Source: Elsinoe ampelina (taxonomy: Eukaryota). From it: a stretch of DNA of 64,000 nucleotides. The stretch lies in assembly GCA_010093995.1 (NCBI GenBank), contig ML992503.1, positions 1,689,356-1,753,355 on the forward strand, read 5' to 3'. Positions 23,832-35,428 of the stretch are shown here, one piece after another (position 1 is the stretch's first letter; each line of letters starts with the position of its first letter). The notes below the pieces were generated by a model, which made no database searches, had not been told where the DNA came from, and saw only the letters and a list, made by a program, of their open reading frames with translations. The position numbers and the translations under genes are program-made.

Positions 23832-25027
23832 ATGACTGTAAAGCTCTTCATGTAAGGCTCATTCTCCTACAGCAGCAAAAGCTAGTTCACTGAGGTGTCG
23901 ATAGCACCGGTGTGACCGGCTACATTGCTGGCGATGCGACTCATACCATCTATGGCGAACATCCAGACTATGACTACACATTCCTTGTGCGAACAGAAGA
24001 CAAGGCTGCGATAGTACGGAAGGCATATCCCTCTGCAAAGGTTGTGCTCGGAGATCTGGACGATTCAGCTCTGCTCAAGGAGCAGTCATCGAAAGCTGAT
24101 ATTGTGCTCCGTGAGTGGCAATGACCATTGAAACTGCCCAAAAGAGCATCACTGACCCTCACGAAGATGCCGCCGATGCTTCAGATCATGAAGGAGCCGC
24201 CAAAGCCATCGCTGCCGGTCTGGTCGAGGGTCACTCCAAGGAGCACCCAGGCTACTGGCTCCACACCGGCGGCACTGGTATTCTGACTTACAAGGATTCA
24301 GAGAACGACTTTGCCACCCTTGGCCATCATTCCGACAAAGAGTACAACGACGGCGACAAGGTTGAAGAACTCACCACCCTCCCAGACGAAGCTTTCCACC
24401 GCAACGTTGACAAGCTCGTCCTCGGAACCGGTACCAAGCATCAAGATTCCGTCAAGACTGTCATTGTCTGCCCTCCAACCATCTATGGTTCGTCCTGCCT
24501 CTTCCCCCTCCACCTCCCTCACTAACACTCCAGGCACCGGCCGAGGCCCCATCAGCGGCCGCGGCCGCCAAGTCTACGAACTCGCCAACCTCATCCTCAA
24601 CAAATCCGCCATCCCCGTCGTCGGCGAAGGCAAAGCCCGCTGGAACAACGTCCACATCGAAGACCTCAGCGACGTCTTCCTCTCGCTCGTCAACAAAGCC
24701 GCAGCCAAGGACACCGACCCCGAGATCTGGGGACCAAAGGGGTATATCCTCACCGAGAACGGCGAGCACGTGTGGACTGATCTCGCGACGACGATCGCGG
24801 AGAAAGCGACGCAGTTGGGTTTCATCGAGGGGGATCCGAAGCCGTATAAGCTCTCCAAGGATGAGGCGTTGAAGCAGGCTGGGTTCGAGGCGGTGAGTTG
24901 GGGGTTGAATTCGAGGGGGAAGGCGGTGAGGGCGAGGGAGCAGCTGGGGTGGAAGCCGAGTCGGGTGTCGATCGAGGGGGATGTGCCGAATATTCTCAAG
25001 GCGGAGAAGGAGAGGCAGAAGAAGTGA
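23832..25027 (+). CDS. NAD(P)-binding epimerase/dehydratase-like protein; introns about 23852-23904, 24111-24166, 24488-24533
   Basis: KLFITGVTGYIAGD, YWLHTGGTGIL, VCPPTIYG and WNNVHIEDL motifs; frame-consistent splicing. Confidence 0.87.
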
Positions 25028-25164
25028 GGTGGATAGACGGGTCGCAGATGAATCCTCGATGCGTAGAGTAGATAGTGTTCGAACGTCAAGAGCTGCTCAA
25101 CGCGCGCTTAGTACCCGTGAAAGTACTTTGTGCCCTGGACGTATTCGGCGGAACTGATCAATAT

Positions 25165-25423
25165 TGTTGACTTGTGTGTGGGGAGAGAGAAGATTTATTA
25201 CTGCCTGATCCACCAAAATTAGGTGGATTCTCACTATATAAATACTTAACCTGATAACCTAAGAGATAACTGAATTGACAGAACTCCTAAGCTTTAACAG
25301 AATAAGACAATAACTGTCTAAATTGATTATGAATTGGTATAACCGTTAATAAGTGCTTAGTTCAACCTTAGGTGCACTAAATCAGGGTCCTTCTTAGCAC
25401 TATAGCTCTTGCCGAGGTTGACA
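25165..25423 (-). repeat. 3' LTR (259 bp)
   Basis: Direct repeat of 30129-30387; about 20 differences, all transitions. Confidence 0.95.
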
Positions 25424-28096
25424 CACCCCTTCACTAAATAGCTATAAGTCTATTATAGCTAGTTAGTGGACTACTAACTCGAGGGATAGCTATTGCAAGA
25501 AGGCCTTATGTCTGCTAGGAGATAGTAACTTTGTCAGTCTATTAGCTAAGGTGTCTGCTAAGGGAGTCTATGTCACTAAGATAGGGCTAGATAGATTAAT
25601 CTCTTGTCTTAGCTAGTGATAATAGATATTAACATAGCAAAGGCGTATGTTAAGCTTCTTAATTAGACTAGTAACAAGGCCAATGGTTTACTAGTTATTA
25701 CACTAAATGCTGACATGCTCTAGGGGATAGATAGAGGCTATTAGCCTCCTCTACCACATAGCTTGCTTAGTAGTCTCTACAAGAGCAAGTAGTTTAGCCT
25801 CTATACTAGAAGTGGTAATAGTTAGCTGTTTTATAGCCTTCTAATCTATAGAGCCTTAGAACAGCTTAAATAGATACTTCTAAAGGCTCTTCCTTGAAGG
25901 GTGACTTCTAAAGCTAGCATCTAATAAGGCTTAGAAGATTAGTAGTAGCATTAAGCCATTAAAGGTGAGGGCTAGATCTCTAGTCTTATAGAGATACTAG
26001 ATTACTCTATTCGCTAGCCTTTAGTGTGTTAATAAAGGATTTGTTAGATGCTCTAACAATCTAGAAGTAGCAAAGGCAATATTAGGCCTAGTAATAACTG
26101 CTGCAAAGTTAATAGATCCTACCTTCTGCTAGTATAGGTAAATCTCCTATAGTAATGCTTAGCCTTTAGAGGGCTAGAGCATTTTAACTAGCAGTAGTAA
26201 TAAGACTAGCCTTATTAGTTCTGTGATAAACTTGCTATACATCTACTGGATATACTAAGCTTGACTAAGCTACAGCTTCTTAGTTGGCCTATCCCTTATA
26301 ATCTAGATAGCTAGGAACCAGCTTAGATCTCTAAGCATCTTTATCTTATACTTAGCATATAGAGCTATAATAATAGCATTAGCCTTACCCTTGTGCTTCT
26401 TAAGGTATATAATAGTAATATCATCCACAAAGAAGAAGATTATTACCTTAGGAGTCAGCTAGAGGTATAGAGCCTTAGGGGCCTAAGTAAATCTAAGAGT
26501 CTTTAGTATAGTAGTGAATTCTGCATACTAGAGAGCTAGTGCTTGTTTAAGGCTATAGAGTACCTTCTTTAGCAGGAGGATTGCATTAGATAATGCTATA
26601 CTAGGATAGTCCTTTATAAGCACCTCTAGTATAAGCTTAAATCTAGGTAGGATAGTGTAGTAGGTTATCTTATTAATAGGACTATTAATATAAGCATTAA
26701 CAACATCTATCTAGATAGCCTCTATATCCTTGTAAGTAAGGAGGGCTATAAGCATTCTAAAAATCTTAGCAGCTAATATAGCTATATAAGTTTCTAAATC
26801 TGTAGATTAAAGATTACCCCTTATATAAAGCCTTGCCTTGTGTTTAATAACTTCTCCTTTGTTATTAGTCTTATATATAAAGACCTAGGTTAGTAGCACT
26901 AGCTTCCCTATAGCTTAAGATGCAAGTATAATAGTCTAAGTGTCTTTTAAATAGAGGGTAAGCAATTCTACCTTTATTGCTTGTTAGAATTGCTCCCTAT
27001 AAGGATAAGCTTATAGCTCTCTAATGTTAGCTAGTAGTAGAGGTAGATTATCCCTTAGTTCTAGCTTTAGCTAGATTAGCTTTATTAATAGATAAGCATT
27101 AAAAGCTTAATAATATCTAGGAGCCTCCTAAGGCTATGTAAGACTAGTAATATAGGCCTACCTTCTTAGTTTCCTAGTCCTTCTTATAGTAAGGATATAC
27201 TTAGGCAATAGGTTAGCTAACCTTGTAGCAATCCTTCTTCTAGGCTATTTAGGCTCCTTAGTTACTCCTTTAGCTAGGGCTTCTACCTTACTCCTTATAG
27301 TTTTAGCTTTAGATAAAGGTAAAGGCTATATAGCTATTAAGGGTAGAGAGGCTAGAGCATTATAGAACTACTCTAGTGATATAGCCTCCTAGATCTAAGC
27401 TAGGTTCAGCTCTAGGGTCTATAACTGTAATAGTAGACTATAATTATCTAGTGGAGGTAATAGAGCCTATTAAGCCTATAACTGTGATAATAAACTATAA
27501 TTATTTAGTTCCTTAGTTAGAATCTGCTAAACTGAATTCTAAGCTAGATTCTAAACTAGATTCTGAACTAGATTCTAAACTGGATTCTATAGTACAGATG
27601 GGCCTTTAGTTACCTCTTTAGGTTAAGGTATATTCTCCTTAACTTCCTGTGGTAGTCTTAGTAGATTAAGTAGTCTAATAGGCTAAGGCTAAGGCTGCTC
27701 CTCTGGCTTGTAGAACTAAGTCTTATTAAATCTAACATCCCTTATTCTAATAACCTTCTTTAAGGCTAGTATAAAGATCCTAAATATGTTAGTTAAGTTA
27801 TATCTAACTAGGTAACTAATGTATGCTCTTAGTATAAGCTTATTACTACTTATAACATGATAATCTAGGGTATAAGCCTTGCATCTAAGTAGTCTAAGAT
27901 AGGATATAGATAGAGGGCATCCATGAACTAGCTTAAAGGGGGTTTTCTAGTCTAGCTTCTTAAGAGGTGTTCTATTTATTAGATAGGCTACTAACCTATA
28001 CAGTTTAGGGTGTAGTTCCCTTAGAAGATTAGCAAAGATAGCTACTGCCCTTGCTCTCCTTAATAGTATAGACCTTATCCTTTTACTATAACTATT

Positions 28097-28961
28097 NNNN
28101 NNNNNNNNNNNNNNNNNNNNNNNNNNNNNNNNNNNNNNNNNNNNNNNNNNNNNNNNNNNNNNNNNNNNNNNNNNNNNNNNNNNNNNNNNNNNNNNNNNNN
28201 NNNNNNNNNNNNNNNNNNNNNNNNNNNNNNNNNNNNNNNNNNNNNNNNNNNNNNNNNNNNNNNNNNNNNNNNNNNNNNNNNNNNNNNNNNNNNNNNNNNN
28301 NNNNNNNNNNNNNNNNNNNNNNNNNNNNNNNNNNNNNNNNNNNNNNNNNNNNNNNNNNNNNNNNNNNNNNNNNNNNNNNNNNNNNNNNNNNNNNNNNNNN
28401 NNNNNNNNNNNNNNNNNNNNNNNNNNNNNNNNNNNNNNNNNNNNNNNNNNNNNNNNNNNNNNNNNNNNNNNNNNNNNNNNNNNNNNNNNNNNNNNNNNNN
28501 NNNNNNNNNNNNNNNNNNNNNNNNNNNNNNNNNNNNNNNNNNNNNNNNNNNNNNNNNNNNNNNNNNNNNNNNNNNNNNNNNNNNNNNNNNNNNNNNNNNN
28601 NNNNNNNNNNNNNNNNNNNNNNNNNNNNNNNNNNNNNNNNNNNNNNNNNNNNNNNNNNNNNNNNNNNNNNNNNNNNNNNNNNNNNNNNNNNNNNNNNNNN
28701 NNNNNNNNNNNNNNNNNNNNNNNNNNNNNNNNNNNNNNNNNNNNNNNNNNNNNNNNNNNNNNNNNNNNNNNNNNNNNNNNNNNNNNNNNNNNNNNNNNNN
28801 NNNNNNNNNNNNNNNNNNNNNNNNNNNNNNNNNNNNNNNNNNNNNNNNNNNNNNNNNNNNNNNNNNNNNNNNNNNNNNNNNNNNNNNNNNNNNNNNNNNN
28901 NNNNNNNNNNNNNNNNNNNNNNNNNNNNNNNNNNNNNNNNNNNNNNNNNNNNNNNNNNNNN
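28097..28961. other. Assembly gap (865 N)
   Basis: Run of N. Confidence 1.
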
Positions 28962-30128
28962 TACTAAGTATAATCTAATAGTTATAGCTATGTTAATTAG
29001 CACTAGTAGGGATAACCCCTTATAAAGGTAAGCCTCCTTAGCAAGGATAGCTTTAATCTTCTCCCTTAAGGCCTTATTATTAAGCCTTTGCTTAACCTCC
29101 TTAAGGGTCTATTAGTTTAGTAACTATCCTTCTAGCCTTAGATACTTATTTAAGTAATAGCACTTGCTCTACTTATGCCGCTTCTAGTATACATATCTAG
29201 GCTCCCTAGTAGGACTAAGCTCTTTTATAGAGTCCTTAGTAGCTGTAGGGAATGCTATTACTCCCTTGCTAGCCTTTATACTACTATATAGCTTATAAAG
29301 TTTGTAAAACTGTCTAAACTTAGTAATTAACTTGAGCATTGATAGCAGGGTTAGTAAATCTAGATTAATAAGATATTTGTTAGCAAATACTAGTTTAGTC
29401 CTTAAGATAGAGAGTAAGAAGTCTCTCTATAGCCTTAAGCCTTAAGCTTCTAGTAGGTTGTGATTCCTAGCCTTGTCTATAACCTCTTCCTATTGCTAAA
29501 GCTAATAGTCCATATTCTGTGATAATAGACTAGAGAGTTGTCTCCTCTAGAGAGCTTTAACCTCTAGCTAGATTGTAGCATTAGATAGTGCAAATCTATT
29601 CTTTAATGCTCTAAGGATAGCCTATAGATAGGGATCTCCCTCTAGTTAGATAACTATAAGAACTTATAGTGCAATTAATAACTAAATAAGGCTAGCTAGA
29701 TCTACTAAGGCCTTATGCTACTTGTTATGCTAAGCTTGCTCCTCCTTATAGATCTAGAAGAGTGCTAAGAAGTTAGGATCTAATACATCTAGCCTCTAAG
29801 GCTTAGGGAGTCCTTCTAGTTTAATAGTCTATTAGGGATTAATAATGTGCCAGATCTTAGTGTTTAAAGCTCTAGTCTTGATGATATATAGCTAGCTGGC
29901 CTATTTAGCTAATATAGCAAGAATGATAGGTGTTCTAGCTATTAGTATGTTAGTATCTATAGTTGTTTATCTCTTTGTTGACACCTAAATCCTGTAGTTG
30001 TAGTTAAGGCAGTACTTAACAGATTCTAGTGCTTAAAAAGCGAAATGATAGAGAATTGACCAATAGATAGAATAGGAAGACAACTGAATACTCTGCTTGT
30101 GCAGGGGTAGTTATACCGGGCTTATAAC

Positions 30129-30387
30129 TGTTGACTTGTGTATAGGGAGAGAGAAGATTTATTACTGCCTAATCTACTAAAATTAGGTAGATTCTCACTA
30201 TATAAATACTCAACCTGATAACCTAAGAGATAACTAAATTGACAGAACTCCTAAGCTTTAACAGAATAAGACAATAACCGTCTAAATTGATCATAAATTG
30301 GTGTAACTGTTGATGAGTGCTTAGTTCAACCTTGGGTGCACTGAATCAGGGTCCTTCTTGGCACCACAGCTCTTGCCGAGGTTGACA
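30129..30387 (-). repeat. 5' LTR (259 bp)
   Basis: Direct repeat of 25165-25423; PBS adjacent. Confidence 0.95.
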
Positions 30388-30569
30388 AATATCCAGTATC
30401 ACGTGATCCACCATGAGTGGCGTCAGTGCCGGCTATCTGTGACTCCCGAGCGATAGCATATATACCCCCCTCCGACCCCCCAGTCCTCCTCTCTCCGACC
30501 CTCTTCTCACCAATCCCAGTCCCTCCCAGGACACACTCAACCTTCAAAGCCCCCCACCAAACACCCAGA

Positions 30570-30902
30570 ATGACCATCTCCACAGTCCTCTTACCCCCTC
30601 CACCCCCTGGATCCACCCCCTTCGACATCACCTACTACCTCGAAACCCACATGCCCCTGGTCACCAACCTCTTCTCCCCTTTCGGACTGGTTAAATGGGA
30701 AGTCATCCAATTCTCGTCCCCCGACGGGACTGCACCGGCTTTTGTGGTGCAGACGATCTTGCATTGGGAGAGCGAGGAGGGGATGGAGAGGGCAAATGCC
30801 AGTGAGGCGGGGAAGATGTTAGGGAAGGATATCGGGAATTTTGGTGTGACGATGCCGGTAAGAGTGGGAGGGGAGGTAGTGGGGGAGAAGAGGGTTGGGT
30901 AG
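30570..30902 (+). CDS. EthD-family dimeric alpha-beta barrel protein (110 aa)
   Basis: FDITYYLETHMPLV, KWEVIQF and C-terminal DIGNF motifs; TATA-like tatata near 30460. Confidence 0.8.
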   Translation: MTISTVLLPPPPPGSTPFDITYYLETHMPLVTNLFSPFGLVKWEVIQFSSPDGTAPAFVVQTILHWESEEGMERANASEAGKMLGKDIGNFGVTMPVRVGGEVVGEKRVG

Positions 30903-31240
30903 GGGGGAGGTGTGGGGGAGAAGAGGGGTGGGAAGTGGGGGAGTGGAAGGGGATGGTGGGAGGGATTTAGAAGGAGAAGGAGAGGTGTCGAGGAAAGAGG
31001 GAAAGATGTCTGGTGTTGAGCCGGAATGCAGGGCGGTTGGGAATCCGTGGAGGGGAACATCATGTGCCATGATAGGTGACAGGCGGTTTGTTTGATGTAG
31101 ATAGTTGTCAGAAATGGAGTCTATCCTGCATTTATAGACGAGTGGAGTGCTACTTAATGTCAGTCTGATCCCTTGACTATCCTCATGCTATGCATCTTTC
31201 TCAGATCCTCTTCGACACCTTCAGTCCGCTCTCGGATCGA

Positions 31241-32979
31241 TCATGCAAGTGTAGCTACACATTCACGTCCCTTTGCAGGTGTAAACTTGACCATCAACTT
31301 AGGCTTCTCCCACAGAGTGTACATCTTGTGGTCAATCCATTTTGCACTCTCCGGCATGAGCTCTAATTCGAAATCGTACAAAATCTTTGCGAAGATGACT
31401 CGCATTTCTGCGTACGCAAGGCTGATCATGCGGTCAATTTGCGTATGGGGGCGGATGATGATTGGACTTACTTGCGTCCAAGACAAGATCGAGGACCGAA
31501 ATGGAAAGGCTGGAAGATGTCCCTCACATCGTCCTTGTACTCGGGGTCATCGAGCCAGCGCTCCGGAGCGAACTTGTCAGGGTTCTTGAAGTACTTCTCA
31601 TCCTTGTAAAGAGCGAGCTGCCAGATACATAAAGTGGTCTGTGAAGGCCATTAGTGATGTTATCGATGCACAACGCGGATTACTCACATCCTCTGGAACG
31701 AATTGGCCACAGATGGTATCACCGCCCTTTGGCGTTCGACGACCAGAATTGGTCGGCACAGGTGGGTAAACACGCATGGCCTCTTCAAACATGGCCAACA
31801 TGTAGTCAAGCTTCACCACGCTGTGGAGATCTATTTCTGAATTGGAGGAGAAGGAAGATCGGACTTCTTCTTTGACCTTCTCGAGAACGTGTGGGTTGGT
31901 GAGACACAGGTAAGTAGTTGCCGAAAGCACAGTCGCCGTGGTCTCAGATCCAGCGATGATCAAGGTGTTTGCGTTGGCATGGATCTCTCCCCGCGACATA
32001 CCCTGGTCAGCGTCAGTCACATGGTGTCAGCACAGGGTAGGTGAGTAAGGACTCACGCCCGTCTCCTTTTCTCTCTGAGTCAGGATTGTCTCCATGTAGT
32101 CAGGTCGCTTGACGCCAGACAATAGGCGCTTATCGACCCTGTCAGCAGTGAATCGTTTGTGTGTTTCCCTTTTCTCGAGCAGGCTCTTTGGCATCATTTT
32201 CCGGATCGCCCATGCAAGCGCAGGATAGAAATTTGGGATCTGCATGAGCGTTCCTGCTTTGATACTTGCAAAGATTGTGGCGACCCAAGGGTGGTAGTCA
32301 CCGCCATCAAGTAAGCCAAATGCCTCGCCAAATGTGAGGTCGGCAATAATGTCAAAAGTAGTAAAGTTGTACCAGGCTGTTACGTCGACAGGCATCTCTC
32401 CTTCAGACACCTTGTCCTGCAGCCTCGAGACGAGCTTCTCCACGTAGGTCATAATGAGTGACTGCTGGCCCATCAGGGCCTGGTTGGAGAAACCGTGAGA
32501 TAGGATGCGGCGGAATCTCCTATGGTCCTCACGGTCAGAGAAGAGGATATCGGAACTATCGAAGACCCTTTGGATGTATCTCATCTCCTTTCCATTCTCG
32601 GCTTGGCTGGATTTGCGGTGGCCCATAATGTCCTGCCAGGCCTTGGGATCACTAAACGCCAGCTCGCTCGGTGCTGTACGGACGATGGAACCGTACTTGT
32701 CGTGCATTGCCTTGATCTCGTAGCTGGGGTTACCACGGACCAGCATGAGGGAGTACGGGATTTTGGAGATCCTGTTGAGCAATGGTCCGGGGAATTTCCG
32801 AAGAGGGTGGAAGAAGAGATTATATATGATATTGTAGAAGAAGTAGATGAGCGGCTGTGACTTGTCAGTAATGTCGAGATTGATATTGGGAAGTGTGCAC
32901 TTCTCACCAGGGACAAGAGTAACAATACTTGCCATGGCCATCCTGTTCGGGCCCCTTCGTTGGTGCTTGCTAGGACCAT
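31241..32979 (-). CDS. Cytochrome P450 (CYP65/Tri11-like); introns 32855-32907, 32003-32056, 31639-31687, 31422-31471
   Basis: FHPLRKFPGP, AGSETT, EEAMR, PERW and haem motif FQPFHFGPRSCLGRN. ATG 32979 plus intron 1 gives the hydrophobic anchor. Confidence 0.92.
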
Positions 32980-34294
32980 GACGACTGAGAGCAGGGTCGG
33001 ACTAAATCAAGAACTCGATGGATGTGACAATTTTTCGTTGATTTCTGTGGAATATGGAAGGAAATGCTACCTTGTTGTTTTATACTCCTGGCCAGAACAC
33101 AGCTCGGAGACATTACGTATAGCCCCTCTCGTTGAGCAAGCTATGAAATCTGCATAACGAATTGATCCTGATTGTGATTGTGATTGATGCAGTGCGACCT
33201 GCTTGGAGCCTGCAGAGATCTACAAGTGCAGTTTCGGCGTGGAGCACGATGCGGTCATGTCCCAAGGTTCATGCGGGGTTCAAGATGTGATCTCGCACTT
33301 TCTTGGTGCATAATTGTTCTTGACAGGATTGGCATACGTGTGCATAATAGTCGGAAGCACCGGCAGAGGCCAAAGGTTAGTAGAGCTCCGCGCCGCCCAA
33401 GGCTCGGAACGTTCCCATTCCTTTGTCAACGACATTGTGGCGTGGAAGTACAATATGGCTCGGAATGCTGGCAGTTGTCGGGGTCGTCGTGTGGCGTAGC
33501 GAGACACATTTAGAGAGCACCACTAGAAGCAGGACGATGTAGAAGGTCGCAATTTGACAGTCGTGAAATGTCTCCAAGATGGACAAATGCATGGCCCGAA
33601 CGGAAGGCCGGGTCATATGAGAAGCCGCCGACCTTTGAATGCTTGATCCGAACGAGGAGGTGCTGTCCCATGCGAGTGGGCATGCAAGAGTACTTCGACA
33701 GCTCAAATAGACTTTGTAACTCGAGGATAGCATCGATCTAGGGACGAATAAAGTGACTGTGGGTCGACCAGTCCGGGAGACATTGATGCCGACCTCAACG
33801 ACATTGAATCATCTCTTTGTTCTTGTGTGATAACTCACCGCAAGTCCAACGACGAATCGTACGCAAGCCCGTCGTAAGTTCATCTTTTGTCGAGCCGTGG
33901 TGCACTGTTCAGATCTTGGAAAAGGCACAGACCTGAGCGGCCGATGAAAAGCTCCAAACCGACGAAGATCTGATCAGGCCAAAGACTTCCAATACATGGA
34001 ACAGACATGCCTGAGCTCTCCTTGCAACGACGACTGATGTATTCGAGATTGTGTCGTTGTGTACAGATGCAGACAAAATCCCTGAAGCGGAACAGACGAG
34101 AAACGGGCTGGGGATTGCACCGTCGGTGACATCACCACATTTTTTGACAGCGGGCAAGACACCTTCATGAGCTCACCCTGACATTCTAAGACGGATCGTA
34201 AATCCTTTGAACGCGTCTGTTAAGACATCCTACTGTCCTCGTCGTGCTAACAATGTCCTCCAACACCTTCAACTCTCAATCCACATCAAACAAC

Positions 34295-35198
34295 ATGGGC
34301 GTCTCACTTTCCACAGCACGCTGGCTGGCGCCGGCTTCGTTCGCCTACAACTTTGCCGCACAGATATATGGCATGTCCAGCACGCCCTCCATGGCAGATG
34401 TACATGACCAGAATCTGAGTTTCTGGTCGCCGTACCCTTATTTCATCGCCGGCTTTTTCTCCGTGCAGCAAATCGCCCAAGTAGCATGGATGTACCGACT
34501 GTGGAAGCTCGACAGCAGCAAGCCAAAGGAGGCAGACGAGCTCAAGCCTGTGGTCAAGTTTGTACCATACTATGCACTCGGGAACATCTGCATTGGCACA
34601 TGGTGGGTATCCACCAGGATCAGGACTTGCGGACCCGCAGCTCACAATCTCAGGATGTTCTTCTGGAACGCCTCCATGCTCAAGACCTCCAACGTCTTCG
34701 TCGTCATCAACTCGCTGGCCCAGCTGTACTACGTCTTCACCCAGCTCGACCGCATGAACACCGCCTCCACCTCCTCCGTCCTCACGCACTTTGTCTCCAA
34801 GACCTTTGCAGGTATCGGCGTCCTCGACCTCCTCCACAACGGCTCAATCGCCTACTTCAAGGACCAAGCCCCCACGACCGCTGTCAAGGTCATCACAGCT
34901 CTCGGCTTCGGTGGTCTGGCTGTATTCAGCGATTGGATCTTTGGCGCGTGTCTCGTCTACGATCTCGTGGCGTTGAGTGTAGGTCAAGGGATCTACACCG
35001 GGAAAGATTGGTCCGGGTTGCTTGGAGCATATGCAGTCGGGACAGCTGCGATTGTTGGTCTGAGGAACTGGGCGCTGTGAGTATGACACCATACGGCAGG
35101 AGTGAAGGGACCGAGCTGATATAGTCAGGCCACCGTACACGAGAAAGGTGGATGGGTACTATACCGTCGGCCAGGACGAGGTTGACAACAGGGCTTGA
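34295..35198 (+). CDS. Multi-pass membrane protein of unknown function; probable introns 34603-34653 and 35077-35128
   Basis: Several hydrophobic helices and coding-like codon use. Start (34253 or 34295) and last exon are inferred. Confidence 0.7.
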
Positions 35199-35428
35199 TT
35201 TGCACGTACACGCAAGGCGTTGGGGAATTAGCATGATGGACAAGGTTCGTGTACGATAGAAGAGCATCGCAACCGGAGTTTACAATGCACACGCACTCAT
35301 CTTCTGTATGCCATTGTCTTCCAGATGCAGAACAAGGTCATCGCATATCTGCCATGTCGTCATTGTCTGTCCTGTGAAGACGCCTCCATAACCAGCCGAT
35401 ACCACTGCTCGACCATGTCTCCACCCTT

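Larger units (their letters stand above)
25165..30387 (-). mobile_element. Complete RIP-mutated Ty1/copia element, family A (contains an N gap at 28097-28961)
   Basis: 259-bp LTRs at 25165-25423 and 30129-30387 with TG...CA ends; TSD AATAT at 25160-25164 and 30388-30392; PPT reverse complement cacccctt after 25423; PBS reverse complement ccgggcttataac before 30129. Confidence 0.95.

Noticed and set aside
28092..29003. 303-aa ORF in the track
   Set aside because: It is a translation of the N gap.
32980..34250. Several 60-120 aa ORFs between the P450 and the membrane-protein gene
   Set aside because: No motifs or coding bias; most likely a divergent promoter region.
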